Positions 12,034-24,044 of a stretch of DNA of 64,000 nt are shown here, one piece after another. Made by a program: the position numbers and the translations under genes. Position 1 is the first letter of the stretch; every line of letters begins with the position of its first letter. The DNA lies in the NCBI GenBank assembly GCA_047495785.1, contig JBLDXI010000006.1, positions 386,438 through 450,437 of the forward strand, written 5' to 3'. The DNA is from Lepidodermella squamata. Taxonomy: Eukaryota; Animalia; Gastrotricha. The notes beneath the pieces are model-generated. The model was not told the DNA's origin. It did no database searches and worked only from the letters and a program-made list of their open reading frames with translations.

Positions 12034-14121
12034 CATAGATAAAGGTTAAGATGTGAAACTGTCTATCCTCTAATGTTGTCAAAATCTCGCGGTGCAAAGG
12101 TCACCATCTGCTAAGTTAACAAAAACGTGCTTTTATTAAAGCAACGCGTGGCTAGACCGAAGCATTAAAAAAAAGGTCATTTTTTCTCTCATTCCTACGA
12201 AAACTGTCTCCTCCAAACTGAATGAAAATGATACGACTGATAGCAATTTTTGCTGGCTTTCAAATGAATCCAAGCTCGTCGCGCCCCAAAATAGAGAAGC
12301 CGCGCAATTGTTAGACAAAAGCGGTCGCAAAATTTTGAAATTGACATTTTTTGACATTTGCCGGGACGGTAAATTTCAAAATTATGAATACAAAAATTCC
12401 AATACAATATGCATAATTCACGTCTCATTGAGATCTATCTCCAGGTGTCATTTTTAAGAAAATCCGACACGGCTATCAATTTCTGGAAATTGCGGTTATT
12501 GGTGGAGAAAGCTAGACTAAAGCACACTTACATTAAATATTTTGCAATTGCGCTATGAGACAGGCGTATTCAACCATGACCAATTTCGCCTTATTCGCCG
12601 TAGTCAATACTCAGACTGACATTATCTCCTCGTATTTCTACCAAATTTAATGGAAATTGGATAAATAATTCATTCAGTGTAAGGGAATTATATGAGGAAA
12701 TCGTCGATCGTCGATATTCGAAGCGTGATCCACAAACCCGAAAATTAAATTGTGTATCAAATTTAGCGTAGCAAATTATCTTTGCCTGTTTAACTAGGGC
12801 TGATTTTTGAAATTAGAAGATCGCGTGATGCGTTTGCCTTTGTAAATGGTCAATTCTATAGACTGGAAAGTAATTTGTACGTAAATCAAAAAACTTCATA
12901 AGCAGTGTTACGTCATTTTTTTCAACATGTGTATCGCGGATAAAAGCTGTACACTTTTAATGAATCTACCGTACCGCCCGAAAAGTTGCTCAACATCGTA
13001 CAGCCATACATTTCGGGCAATACGGTATTAAAAAATCCTATTAAAACCTTTGCTATAACTCGAATTTAAGAAAAACCGCCGTGTCAATATGAGTCGAAAT
13101 CGGTTAATTTTTCTAACAAATTGTTACTTGGCAACTTTACCCGCGATTCCAACGAAATGAAACGTTTCATCCACTTATTTAATTCAATATCGAAACTTAA
13201 TTTAGTTTAATATCGATTTAAAAGCAGTTGGTATTAATGGTAATTCGAAGCAATGCTAAGTGTGCACACTAGGCCCGCCTGCTCGTCGCATCGATAATAT
13301 CGTCAGCGTTGTTGAAGAAGTCGGATTCAGGCTTGTATGCGAGTCACTTTTCGAGTTAAACATGTTGGTAACAGCCAGTACTTGAATAATGTAACCATAT
13401 AGCGAGCAATTTTTTACCGCCCAATAACATGTAAACAACATTCTAAATGCGATTTTGTTAACGACGTCAACGACATGGCATCACGGACATGGCGGCGGCG
13501 TTCTCTTAAAATCTGAAATTGCATCAATGTTAGAGGTAACTTGAGTGTCGAAGGGTATAGCCTTATCCAAGCAAGTCAATCTCCTTCCAAGTTAAAATCT
13601 CACCTTTCAGACGTCGCAAACAGATCGAGCAACCTTGAATCGCAATACCTCTACATTATTGCCTATTTCCAGAAATTGATAGCCGTGTCGGATTTTCTTA
13701 AAAATTACACCTGGAGATAGATCTCAATGAGACGTGAATTATGCATATTTTATTGGAATTTTTGTATTCATAATTTTGAAATTTACCGTCCCGGCAAATG
13801 TCAAAAAATGTCAATTTCGAAATTTTGCGACCGCTTTTGTCTAACAATTGCGCGGCTTCTCTATTTTGGGGCGCGACGAGCTTGGATTCATTTGAAAGCC
13901 AGCAAAAATTGCTATCAGTCGTATCATTTTCATTCAGTTTGGAGGAGACAGTTTTCGTAGGAATGAGAGAAAAAATGACCTTTTTTTTAATGCTTCGGTC
14001 TAGCCACGCGTTGCTTTAATAAAAGCACGTTTTTGTTTACTTAGCAGATGGTGACCTTTGCACCGCGAGATTTTGACAACATTAGAGGATAGACAGTTTC
14101 ACATCTTAACCTTTATCTATG
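12034..14121. mobile_element. Non-autonomous DNA transposon, 457-bp TIRs, 8-bp TSD (P/Galileo-like)
   Basis: TIRs 12034-12490 and 13665-14121 are nearly identical and begin CATAGATAAAGG. TSD GTCAATCC at 12026-12033 and 14122-14129. No transposase ORF. Superfamily is inferred from the CATAG terminus, 8-bp TSD and long TIR. Confidence 0.92.
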
Positions 14122-14737
14122 GTCAATCCATCACATTGAAAAGGTAATTGCCTGGGAGTTCCCTGTCAACTGTCAAAGGCCGTCAGGCCGACAGTGGTAA
14201 TTTCAAGTCTCTTTTCGTATCCAGCAAAAACAACCCATATGATGGCTGTCTTAGCAACATTTAGCAACCACTATAGCTTGTTTTAGACATCATTTGACGC
14301 CTAGAAAGCAGTGTGCGAAGTAGGATCCTGGAACTGAGGTGTTTTCCAGCACCCAGGCTAAAAAGCCCGAATGGCCCCTCTGGATTTCCCACCCTTCCTC
14401 TGTTTGGATCCCGGAGCTAGGGTGTCGCGACACCCCAGCACCCCTGTACTTCGCCCCCTCGCTTTGATAGGGGCTTTGAAATCTGACGATGTACTTTCCC
14501 TAAGACCACAACTATTTGGCCAAATAAATCTGGTTTTGCGTATAATTATTTGCATATGCTTTGTATGATTTATTCGATTATATGATGTAAATATTCAAGC
14601 AGGAAAAATGTGACTGTAAATTATGAATAATGAAGTATCATCAATTTCATACACCAATGCGCATTGTTAGCAACGATTCGCAGCATGAAATAATCGTCGA
14701 ATGGAATCAAAACAGTTAGTGCCGGTTGTCATCAGGC

Positions 14738-15060
14738 CTAGTTGCACAGGTCGGTGTCGCACCAACAAACACTTGATGGCTTGCCGCCAATGTGCGTCTC
14801 CTCGCAGCCCATTTCAAGGCCTTGCATGTTAATCTGGCTGCTAAGCCAACACAACTTAGTTGTGCCTCCTCTCGTCTCGCAAACATCGCAGTTGTTATTG
14901 ACTGTATACTGTCCCTCAGCAAAGCCAACATAACACTTGATGGCAACTGAAATGAAGCAAAACGGAAATCAATTATTCTGGGTTCAATTGAAAGCGAACG
15001 CTTACATGAACTAGCAAAAAGTGCTGTCAGGAAGAGTGCGACAAGGCTGGTGCGAGACAT
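14738..15060 (-). CDS. Ly6/three-finger protein 4, secreted, no GPI tail (exons 15060-15006, 14946-14738)
   Basis: MSRTSLVALFLTALFASSFAIKCYVGFAEGQYTVNNNCDVCETRGGTTKLCWLSSQINMQGLEMGCEETHIGGKPSSVCWCDTDLCN*. All 8 Cys intact and the stop follows CN directly. Confidence 0.85.
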
Positions 15061-15573
15061 GGTCAGTGCGCTGGTTTGAAATGGTTTTTCGAAATAAGTG
15101 AACAATTAGCTGAATTGGAGAGTGTTGGAGTCGCAGTTACTACAACGGGGTTTAAATATAGGCCAACATCACGCCCAGACTTCTGGGCCGGCAAGTTATG
15201 CCACCTGTCAGGATTCTTTGTAAGACTATGTAATATCGCCCCCAGAAAGCGAGCTATTCATGGAAATTCTAGGGCGCCTAACTCGGTCAGGACAAGCTTG
15301 ACCCGCCCACTGAGCTTCCTCTTGCCATTACGCAGGGAGCGTGCCAAAGTGAACACTTGCACCTTTCCCATCTACCCAACGTCGATTAGAAAATGTTCCA
15401 AACGAAGTGGCTTATGTGGCACATGAGGCGGTGACAAAGCGATAAGACCGCAGAGTAAACATGGGAGTGTGAGATTTGAAACAAATGGCTATATTAGATT
15501 AAATTCGACACACATTAGATTGAGACAGCAAATTGGTGCGTTTCGTTTTATTATCCCTAATAATGCATTGTAC

Positions 15574-16411
15574 TCAATTGCAAAAGTCACGGTCGTCACA
15601 AATACATGTCGTAGTCGGGCCTGTTGTCCCACCATTCACCACCCTACATCCTAGCGAATACTGCACTCCAGGAGCTAGGCAAGACTTGGCCGTTAGACTG
15701 CGACCAGCAGCCACCTCAATCTCCGCCTTCTGACACGCAGCACATCCATCTTGCTCAGTGAATTTTGCTGTCGATAGGCCAACGTGGCATTTCAAGGTTT
15801 TCCCAGCTACAGCAACTGCTTCAGGCTTCATATTGCTATTACACAAATCTATATCGTTGCAATGGCAAGTCGTTGCCCTGCCGTAGTCGGACTTGGAAGT
15901 TTCGCAGCCTAATCGATACGGAACACTGCCCATGATACAGAACTTCGCGACAACCGATTGGCCGCTAGAATCCTCTGAGAACGAACTCTGGCAAACTGAA
16001 CAGCCTTCCTTAACCTCGAAATCTCGATCAACCCCAGCGTAGCATTTCACCCGGCTTTGCTTAGGCGGCAATATCGAATCGGTGTTGCATAAATCGCCAG
16101 AGTTACACGTACATGTTGTCAATGAGCCGCCGTCAGTTCCGATTTCGGTCGCATCGCAGCCTAGTTTGAAGGTAACATTCTCCGGGACGCAGGTTCTTGT
16201 TCGTTTCGATTGGCCGGCAACCTCGGAATGGACGATTTGACAAGCCGAACAGTTGTTCTCTTCAACGTACTTCTCGCCCGAAACTCCGACGTAGCATTTT
16301 AACGATGAAACTAAAAATCAGGAAAATTCAGAAAAAATCGGGAAAAAATCTAGAATAATTACCTGAAATTGAATTAATCACTAGAATTATCAAGGTGAAA
16401 ATAATCCGCAT
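15574..16411 (-). CDS. Secreted protein with three tandem three-finger (LU) domains, Ly6-5 (exons 16411-16363, 16310-15574)
   Basis: Signal MRIIFTLIILVINSIS, phase-1 intron, domains LKCYVG..CTCNSGDLCN, VKCYAG..CHCNDIDLCN, LKCHVG..CICDDRDFCN*. Confidence 0.9.
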
Positions 16412-16552
16412 TTCTAGACCACTTATACCTGTATTCTATTTAGCATTATGTGATTCAAATTCGAGATAAGAAACTTCTAGATAAGTCGTGATTTCCTCAG
16501 CACGTTTTATTAAAAGCTAAACAAAAACACAATAGCAGCAGTAGATAAAGGT

Positions 16553-17473
16553 TCAGATTGAATGGGCCCAGTTGACGAGCCACGTTGGCCAGCTGCAGCC
16601 GAGGCGATTGCCGGCGATGAGGATGGTCAGGGCGAGGGTTGTTGCAAACGCTTGAAGGCCCGTGTAAATTGAGGCGATTATTCCGAAAATGTTAGCGCAG
16701 CCGAATGATTGGCAGCCGTAGGTTGCGTTGAGTTCCAGGCCGACGCTGGAGTGATGGCTTGAGAGCAGGAGAGCGAAGCCGATGATGAAACCGATCAAAA
16801 ACACCAATTTGATGCCAACTATGATACAGAAAAAAATTGTTTAGAGAATTTCCAATTTTCGAATTAAATAACAACATTTTTAGTAAAATTCATATTTCAA
16901 GAGATTTCACGGAATTTTATTTTAAAAAATTTCAGAGAATTTGAAAGAATTTGGAAAATTTGGAAAAATTTCACAAAAAACTCAAAAATGTTGGGAATAA
17001 ATTATGAAAAATAATCCTAAAATTGAAATTTGCATTTTTTTAACAAGTTTTTTCTCACCGATAACAGGAATTCGATGGAGTAAGCAATCTTTAACGCCTC
17101 GTCTTTTTGAACAGCAATGAGCCAAATGTAAAATTCCTTCAAGAACTCCGAACAGGAAGCAGACGATGAATGTCAGTAAGAAAAGCGTCGCATCGCCTCG
17201 GACGTAGCCATGGTGCGCTAGAAACCAGCCGATTTTAATGCAAGTCAGGCCGATGAGATGCGGCAAATGGCTGATGAAACTCGCCGTATCGCAGCAACAT
17301 TTCGGCCGATTATCGATTTTATTATTAGATCTTCGATTGTTGCTAATGTCCATTTGTAGCTCAGAGTCGGAGCAATCAGGGTTGACAAGAGTTAACGGCT
17401 CGAGGGCTGAGCTTTCACTGGCATTAGTTGGTAGCTTCGTCATTTCAGTCGATTCAACTGCTGGTGCTTCCAT
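16553..17473 (-). CDS. Unassigned 4-TM membrane protein A (exons 17473-17059, 16818-16553)
   Basis: Four hydrophobic segments, family motifs LPHLIG, VRGD, EG, YGCQSFGCANI, IIASIYTGLQ. The phase-1 intron joins in frame. Confidence 0.85.
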
Positions 17474-17881
17474 GATATTTTTTGGAGCGACGAAAAATTC
17501 AGAAAAAAATCGCAAGCACGCGATTTGATCAGGCCACTATACTGTCTAGCTATTAATTTTTAACTGAAAAATTGTGGTATCTCGTGAGAGAGAAAATAAT
17601 TACTGGAGAAATGCACAGGGTATTCACCACTTGATGCCTGGGTGTTTGAACAGGTGTTGAGGTATGACTAACGCATGTGGCGCCTATTTATTTATCTTGC
17701 GGCATTTTGTGGTCCGAATACTAATCAGAAATTGTTTTCCCGCTTCGGCTTGTGCAAAACCAGCTTGACAAATTTATTTTTCAAATTAAAAAGCAAATGA
17801 GTGGGTGACAAAAAATACGAAAATATTCAGAAAATTGACATTGAAATTTTAGAGAAAACAAAATTAATTGCACCACAAAAG

Positions 17882-18162
17882 TAGAGGTTCCAGCACTAAT
17901 TATCATTTGACCTATACCTATTGTGATTTATTATTTTAATAACCTGGTACCATCAGCCAGTTTGAAATTTTTTCCAAATCGGTTTTCTAGATAGCCGATA
18001 TCGGAAAAATCACTTATTTCTAAAATCGATACTTGAAATCGATATCGGCAAAAGTGTGATTCAAAAACTTAAGTATAGACTCAATCGATTTTAAAATTTT
18101 TTTAAGGAAGACATGAAACTCAAAAATTCGTATTTCAATGAAATTTAGTGCTGGAACCCTAA
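17882..18162. mobile_element. MITE of a family dispersed through the window
   Basis: Termini tagaggttccagcactaa and ttagtgctggaacccta. The internal motif gatatcggaaaaatcactgattt..aatcgatacttg(g/a)aatcgatatcgg recurs near 20240, 22975, 41122, 43885, 45630 (reverse), 53123 and 53300 (reverse). Confidence 0.65.
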
Positions 18163-18238
18163 ATTCGGGCGCCCACGGCATTTGCAGAGTAGACAAAGTA
18201 GAAAATTAAGGATCGATTGTTGTCCGCATTTATTTTTT

Positions 18239-19599
18239 TCAGACGAAATTAGCAAATTTGAACCAGCGTGATTGTGGCGCGCAGCAGTTACGACCGCACA
18301 GCTGAATGGCTAGGGCGAAGGTGGTGATGACGCCGCGTGGGAAAATGTAGAAGAGCGCGATGATAGCCATGATGTTGGAGCAGCCGAAGGTGTTGCAGCC
18401 CCATTGCGGCATCATAGGCGCGCGGCTTGATGTAATGAGTGCGATTAGCAGCAGCACAGTTCCAGCTGTGAAGCCGATTAGCAGAAACACGAGACGAGCA
18501 ACTGGGAAAAGTTGTAACAAAATTAATTAATAAAATTAATATTATAACAAAATAATTTTGATTATAAAAAATCCGAAGAAATTTGGTCTAACCGGCAAAA
18601 ATACAAAAAATTACCAAACCAGTTACCATCTGGATTTTTCGGTAATTTTCGGTAATTTCTTCGGTGGAATTGCGAATAAAAGATTATCCCTGTAAGTTTA
18701 ATTTCAGAAAAATGAATAAATTTGCTGCAACAGTTTGCAAAATTTGAAAATGATTGCGGAAATTTCAGCGTGTCCCATATAAGCAAAGAAAATACCCGGA
18801 AAATGGTTCAAAAACCCTAAACTGAGAGACGAAGTCACATCTCATGGCCAGAAAATTTTCAGAAAAATTAAAGGAAAATCACGAGAATAGTAACTATGCT
18901 TGTCACTCATTAATGGGATTAAAAAGTCTAGAGACGTTTGATAAACCGGGTAAAATACCGAAAAATTACCGAACCAGTTACCATCGGGTTTTTCCGGGTT
19001 TTCTCCTGTAATTTTTTTTATTTCTTCGGTTAAATCGCGGATAAAAGATGGAATATGTTCTCCGTGGGCTAAATCTAATAAAAATTAGTTGAACTTCCTT
19101 TAAAATGTTGCCAATTAAAAATGAGTTGCGCTAATTTTGAGACGCGCTGTATGATTTTATTGTTATAAATTGAAAAAAATCCCGAAAATTACTGGTAGCA
19201 AATTTTATGAAAATTATTTGGAAATTGTTTAAAAAATTTACTTCTCACTGGCCGTAATTTGAGTGGATTATTGCGACACCGCGTGCATCGCAGAATGCAG
19301 GTCACCAAATTGTAAAGCGCCTCACTGAGTCCAAAAGCGATGCACACAATGTAGGCAATCTCGAACAGCTTTGGATTGCCGCGAACAAACCCGCGCTCGC
19401 ACAGTATAAGGCCAACCTTGACGAAAATCATGCCTATCAAATGCGGCAGGCCATGGAGTAGGAAATGCTTAGGACTCGCGACAAATTTGCATCGCCTCGT
19501 TCCATCATCCTGTTCGATCGGCGGCTTTTCAGGGTTTTTCTGCTGCTCATCGGAAATTTGGTCCGTTTTACGGACATTTTCAGCGTCTTTTTCAACCAT
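18239..19599 (-). CDS. Unassigned 4-TM membrane protein B (exons 19599-19242, 18501-18239)
   Basis: LPHLIGMIFVKVG, VRGN, WGCNTFGCSNIMAIIA. Same phase-1 intron position as A. Confidence 0.85.
18766..19149. repeat. Dispersed repeat / probable MITE in the intron of TM-B, with a related copy near 46840-47130
   Basis: Short imperfect TIR cagcgtgtc..gacgcgctg. Shared internal sequence gagag(a/g)cgaagtca..tcatggccagaaaa and ttaccgaac..catcgggtttt. Confidence 0.55.
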
Positions 19600-20861
19600 T
19601 TTTCAGGTAATAATTTTTGTATGAGATGAAAGCGAGTAGAATGAAACCAGCCTACGACGCAACCTGGATCGGTCGCCGAGCTTTTGTTACTCTTTTATAT
19701 TTAGCGCGGGTGTTTACTAAACGCCGCTGTTACAATATTATATAGACTCCATTCAACTGAGTAGTATAAGTATACGAATACGCAGCCTGTGATGATGTAT
19801 ACCGTTGCGTATCACTGCCTGTGCATTATACATAGCTCGCGTGATGACATCAGCGCAGTCGCATACGCTCTTTTTTTTATTGACGATGAGGTTATCAGCA
19901 GGTGTTAACTAGGCGCTAATTGAAGCAGCACGATGGTGTGAAAAACGCTTCATTGTATAGAGTTCCCATCATATCTGAGGGTATTAGGTGGTATGGAAGG
20001 CCAAAAACTACTACGAGGTGTCAGTTTTTTCGAAACAACACATTACCTCACTGACAATCACCATTCATATTACCAAATTTGAATAAAAGTAAATTTGATT
20101 ATTCCAGCAGCTTTATCCGATTTATCCGATCTATTCTTGATAATCGATGAGGGTAACCCTAATATAGGATTATATATTTTAGCATCGTAGTATCATCAGT
20201 TGGGTAGAAACACGATGAATATTATCTTTCATCATTGTTGATATCTGAAAAATCACTGATTTTCAAAATCGATACCGAAAATCGATATTGCCACTATTAA
20301 TCGCAAACTATGTAACAGAGCGTAGTTCCTAGTTCCTAAGTAGTTGCATGAGTAATTTTCTGAAATTTCTTGGAAAAATAAAAAAATCCAGATAAAAAAC
20401 TGTGAAAATACGACGTAATTTCTTGATGTTTCCTGAATAAATAAATAAATATTTAAAAATGAATTATTAATTAATAATTTAAAAATCCGAATTCCCTATA
20501 TCACTCTTAGAACACGGCGTAATTTACTGGGAAAATGTAAACAAAAATAGATTTCTCTGCATATTTGGTGCCAGGTTTTGAAATTTTTTAAAATTTGGCT
20601 CGATATCGGAGTTTTTTTATCTTCTGGCCATAGCGCAAATTCGCACTTGAATGGAAATTTCAGAGAAGCCTGTAAATTGTAGTTACACCCTAATTTTTTT
20701 ATTCATTCAAAAACAAATAATAATAATAAATCCAGGCAATGCAAAGATGTAATAGTAGACTAGTACTAAAATCCTAAACAATAAATCCACAAAGTTCGAG
20801 TTAAGACTCGAAAAAGTTGTTCGCTATTCGGTAGCTGTTAGCTGTACATGGTCGTCGTTTG

Positions 20862-21258
20862 TTACATCATCCACCTAGCTGCAAGTAAGAGACCAGTAAG
20901 ACCGGTCACACTCGCCTGCACCGCCCTATTACCGCTGTTGCACAGGTCTTTATCCTTGCAGTAACATTCTTCTCCTGTCTCGACGGTTTTACAGCCAATT
21001 GTAGCCTTCGTGGCGTCATCGCCACTTAGACATTTCTTTATCTCCTTTTTGCCGCTGTCGACAAACTTCTTGCAAACATCACACGGCGATTTCTCCTTAG
21101 CTTCGCCTTTGTCATCCGTTTCGTAACACTTAATTTGAGCAGCATCTTAAAAATAAATTAAAAATTCAAGAAAAAATGAAATGTTAAATCTTACAGATTT
21201 TTGAGGCGATAAGTGCGAATAACAGGGTGGCGAAAATTATTACAGTAGGAGAATTCAT
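20862..21258 (-). CDS. Ly6/three-finger protein 6, highly charged (Lys/Asp/Glu-rich), predicted GPI (exons 21258-21195, 21145-20862); absent from the ORF track
   Basis: MNSPTVIIFATLLFALIASKI|YAAQIKCYETDDKGEAKEKSPCDVCKKFVDSGKKEIKKCLSGDDATKATIGCKTVETGEECYCKDKDLCNSGNRAVQASVTGLTGLLLAARWMM*. Confidence 0.88.
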
Positions 21259-23215
21259 TTTCCTGTCGTAGAAAAATAAAAGCTGATTTTCGATAATATA
21301 GAAATGAAAATGGCTGAATATCAAAATTTTTAGGCGTCATTGGCAATCGTAATTACACCATCTGCTGTTCGTTTTATCGCGTTTCATTTGATAAGAAAAT
21401 TTTTCATAATTATAATATATTGCCTTAGTTGTAATTTTAGTCAGCGGGCGGATTTTTGGTCGGAGGCCGCCAGGCCGGAGACCAAAATCCGCCAGCTGAC
21501 TAAAATTGCAAATAAGGCAATATACTTATTATCACCCATCTGCGACTTGTCCTAGTAGTAATCCGCGTCACGACGGAAAAGAGACTGATTTTTTTTCCTT
21601 TGGACTAAGACACGTGGACTTCGTAAACATTAGTAGGGCTTCATTTTTCCGAATTTTGATTCGAAAGCTACTAGCATGTTTTAAGCTGAAATTTGGAGGT
21701 TTTAATAGATTCTTTTTAACCGAAGGTGGCAAGAACGGCTCAAGTTCAGGTATTTTCAGTAATTATTGAGGTTTCAGGTGATGTAGATTGTCAGACCTAG
21801 CTCTACATTATCTACTGTAAATACAATTCCGTTTTTTGTTTAAATACAGTTTTAGGCGATAAATTTCAGTTGCCATCAAGCTGCTCCTAAAATTTATAGA
21901 GGGATCTAACCCTATTACTCTTTCCGGCCTGCAATTCGATATTCATGGCATTGCTATTGATTTCAAATTAAAGCACCAGCTGATCGAAAATTGGCAATTG
22001 GCAAATCCAAAAATTTTGATCACTGATAACAACGTTGAACAAATTAATCTAAAATGAATGAGAACGGTATCTTTTCCTCAAACCTGTTCTAATCTCTTGA
22101 ATTCTGGAATTATTCTGAATCTCTGCGTAGAAAACGGGGTGAATTGTATAAGTCAAATTGGAACGAATTTTTGTCTTGATTCAATATTGAGCTCTATATT
22201 CTATTAGCCAAGCCATTTTAGTTAATTTTTTGCTATTTTCAACGTGGCCTTTTACCTTTACCTAAGCCAGGAATTTGTTGTATTTTCGCCATTTTCGCCA
22301 TTTTTTCCTTAACCTATTTTTGTGTCTTGTCTTTTTTTGGGTTGTCTTAATTTTTGCTCTGCCATCTGACGGCTACTGAGTTGACCTTCGTTCGAGTTAA
22401 GACAAATCAGACCGGCGGCTCGCTCATAAAATCCGCCGGTCTGATTTTAATCCGAACAATGGTCAACACAGTGGCCGACTGATTTTAGGACCAAGGCAAA
22501 AATATTTTCAGAGGGGTGATAATTTCTTATACCTGCTGTCAATAGCCACTTTTCATTTGATTTTGATATGACACATGTTGCATTTTGGTGGGCGCGAAAT
22601 TTGTATAAATAATTCTTATCGGCATTTTGCGATATTTGTGCGCTATTATCAAAATTTATTCGCGGAAATTCCGAACACATGTCAGTCGATTATTACAGCT
22701 AAATTAGTTTTGCAATAATGCATAATGACCGCACGACTTTTCAGCGGTGACGTTTGAGCAAATGCTCGTCAATGCATCAGTGTCGATTTTCTAATTAAAT
22801 TAGGGTGCGAATATTAAAATGTGATACCAACACTAAAATGTCCCGATAATTTTCCCTTATCGGCTTTTTCGTTCTTTGATGCCTCACCTGAGCCTGGGAT
22901 TTCTCATATTTTAGCTACAAATGCCCTAAGCTATGTAGGAAAATTAGGTATCAATGTTGCGTTCCAAGAAGGCTGATATCGGGACAATCACTGATTTATA
23001 GTATCGATACTTGAAATCGATATCGGCTTTGCAGGCTGAATAACTGACCGTTCAATGATTTTCAGTGATGTTTGAATTTTATTAGATTTAAAATTAACAA
23101 GTCATTCTTGCTAAATTACGCTGAAAAATAGTTTTTATTTTTATTAATGGATTTCTGAATAACCAAAATTACAATTTGCCTATATTTAAGTTGATCAACC
23201 TGGTTTTTTATCAAA

Positions 23216-23741
23216 TCAAAAATTGACAAATTTCCAAATAATCGTAGCAAATATCGCCATTATTGAAGTGATAGTAGTTTTCATTATGATAATCGACGGA
23301 GATGCGTTGCATAGGTCACGGCTGTTGCAGTAGCAAATTACTGTGTCGATGCCGCCGGCCGAGGTCGTGCGGCACTCCATGGCCAAATTATAGGCAAAGG
23401 GCAGACAGCCTTTGACGACGCCGGCATTTGACCCGCCACTGACGAGCGTTTTCGAACACGCCGCGCAATTAACCACTTCTACTATTGACGTCTTACTAGA
23501 GCCGTAATAACACCGTATTGCCGCTGAATAAAAATAGTCAAAAAATTAAGAAAAATCGCAAAATAAATAATTCGCTGAATTTAAACACTGAGAATTAAAA
23601 AGTTAATTTAATTTGGATTTTTTTAAATAAATGAAAAGTGATTTTATTTTCCTTTAATTTAATGAAAAAATATTAAAAAAATAACCAACCTGTTAGCGAG
23701 AATAGGAGCGAGAAAACGAACAAGAACGCTTCTTTTTGCAT
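23216..23741 (-). CDS. Ly6/three-finger protein 7, predicted GPI (exons 23741-23690, 23523-23216)
   Basis: MQKEAFLFVFSLLFSLT|AAIRCYYG..CAAC..CYCNSRDLCN and a hydrophobic tail. Confidence 0.88.
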
Positions 23742-24044
23742 TTTCTTTAATTTCGAATAAAAAACCCGATAATACCTAATGCTAATATAATTCGCAGCTC
23801 TATATAAAATGTCGCGTAATATTTGACTATTTATTGTGCTGGTAAACAGTCTCGCGTGTTCCGCGGTCGTGATTTTGTGCTGCCAAGTAAATACCTGGAA
23901 ATGTCATCTATATTACACCTAACAACCTGGCTGGCAAATCGAGCGAAACGCCCTGCTTGAAACGAAAAAAATGATTCTCAATAATTTATTAATTATAATA
24001 ATTTAAAATCACAGAAATTAAATTTATAATTATTTTTCAATTGT

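Larger units (their letters stand above)
10865..14198 (+). mobile_element. Non-autonomous Helentron/Helitron2-like element with PIF1 helicase remnant
   Basis: Sub-terminal inverted repeats gacggggaactccc (10877-10890) and gggagttccctgtc (14154-14167), 13/14 match. 3' stem-loop ctgtc-aaa-ggcc-gtca-ggcc-gacag (14170-14194). Internal direct repeats at 10930-11090 and 11198-11277, plus a helicase ORF. Confidence 0.7.

Noticed and set aside
12136-14019. Mirror ORF pairs of 73 and 77 aa
   Set aside because: They lie wholly within the transposon TIRs and have no protein motifs.
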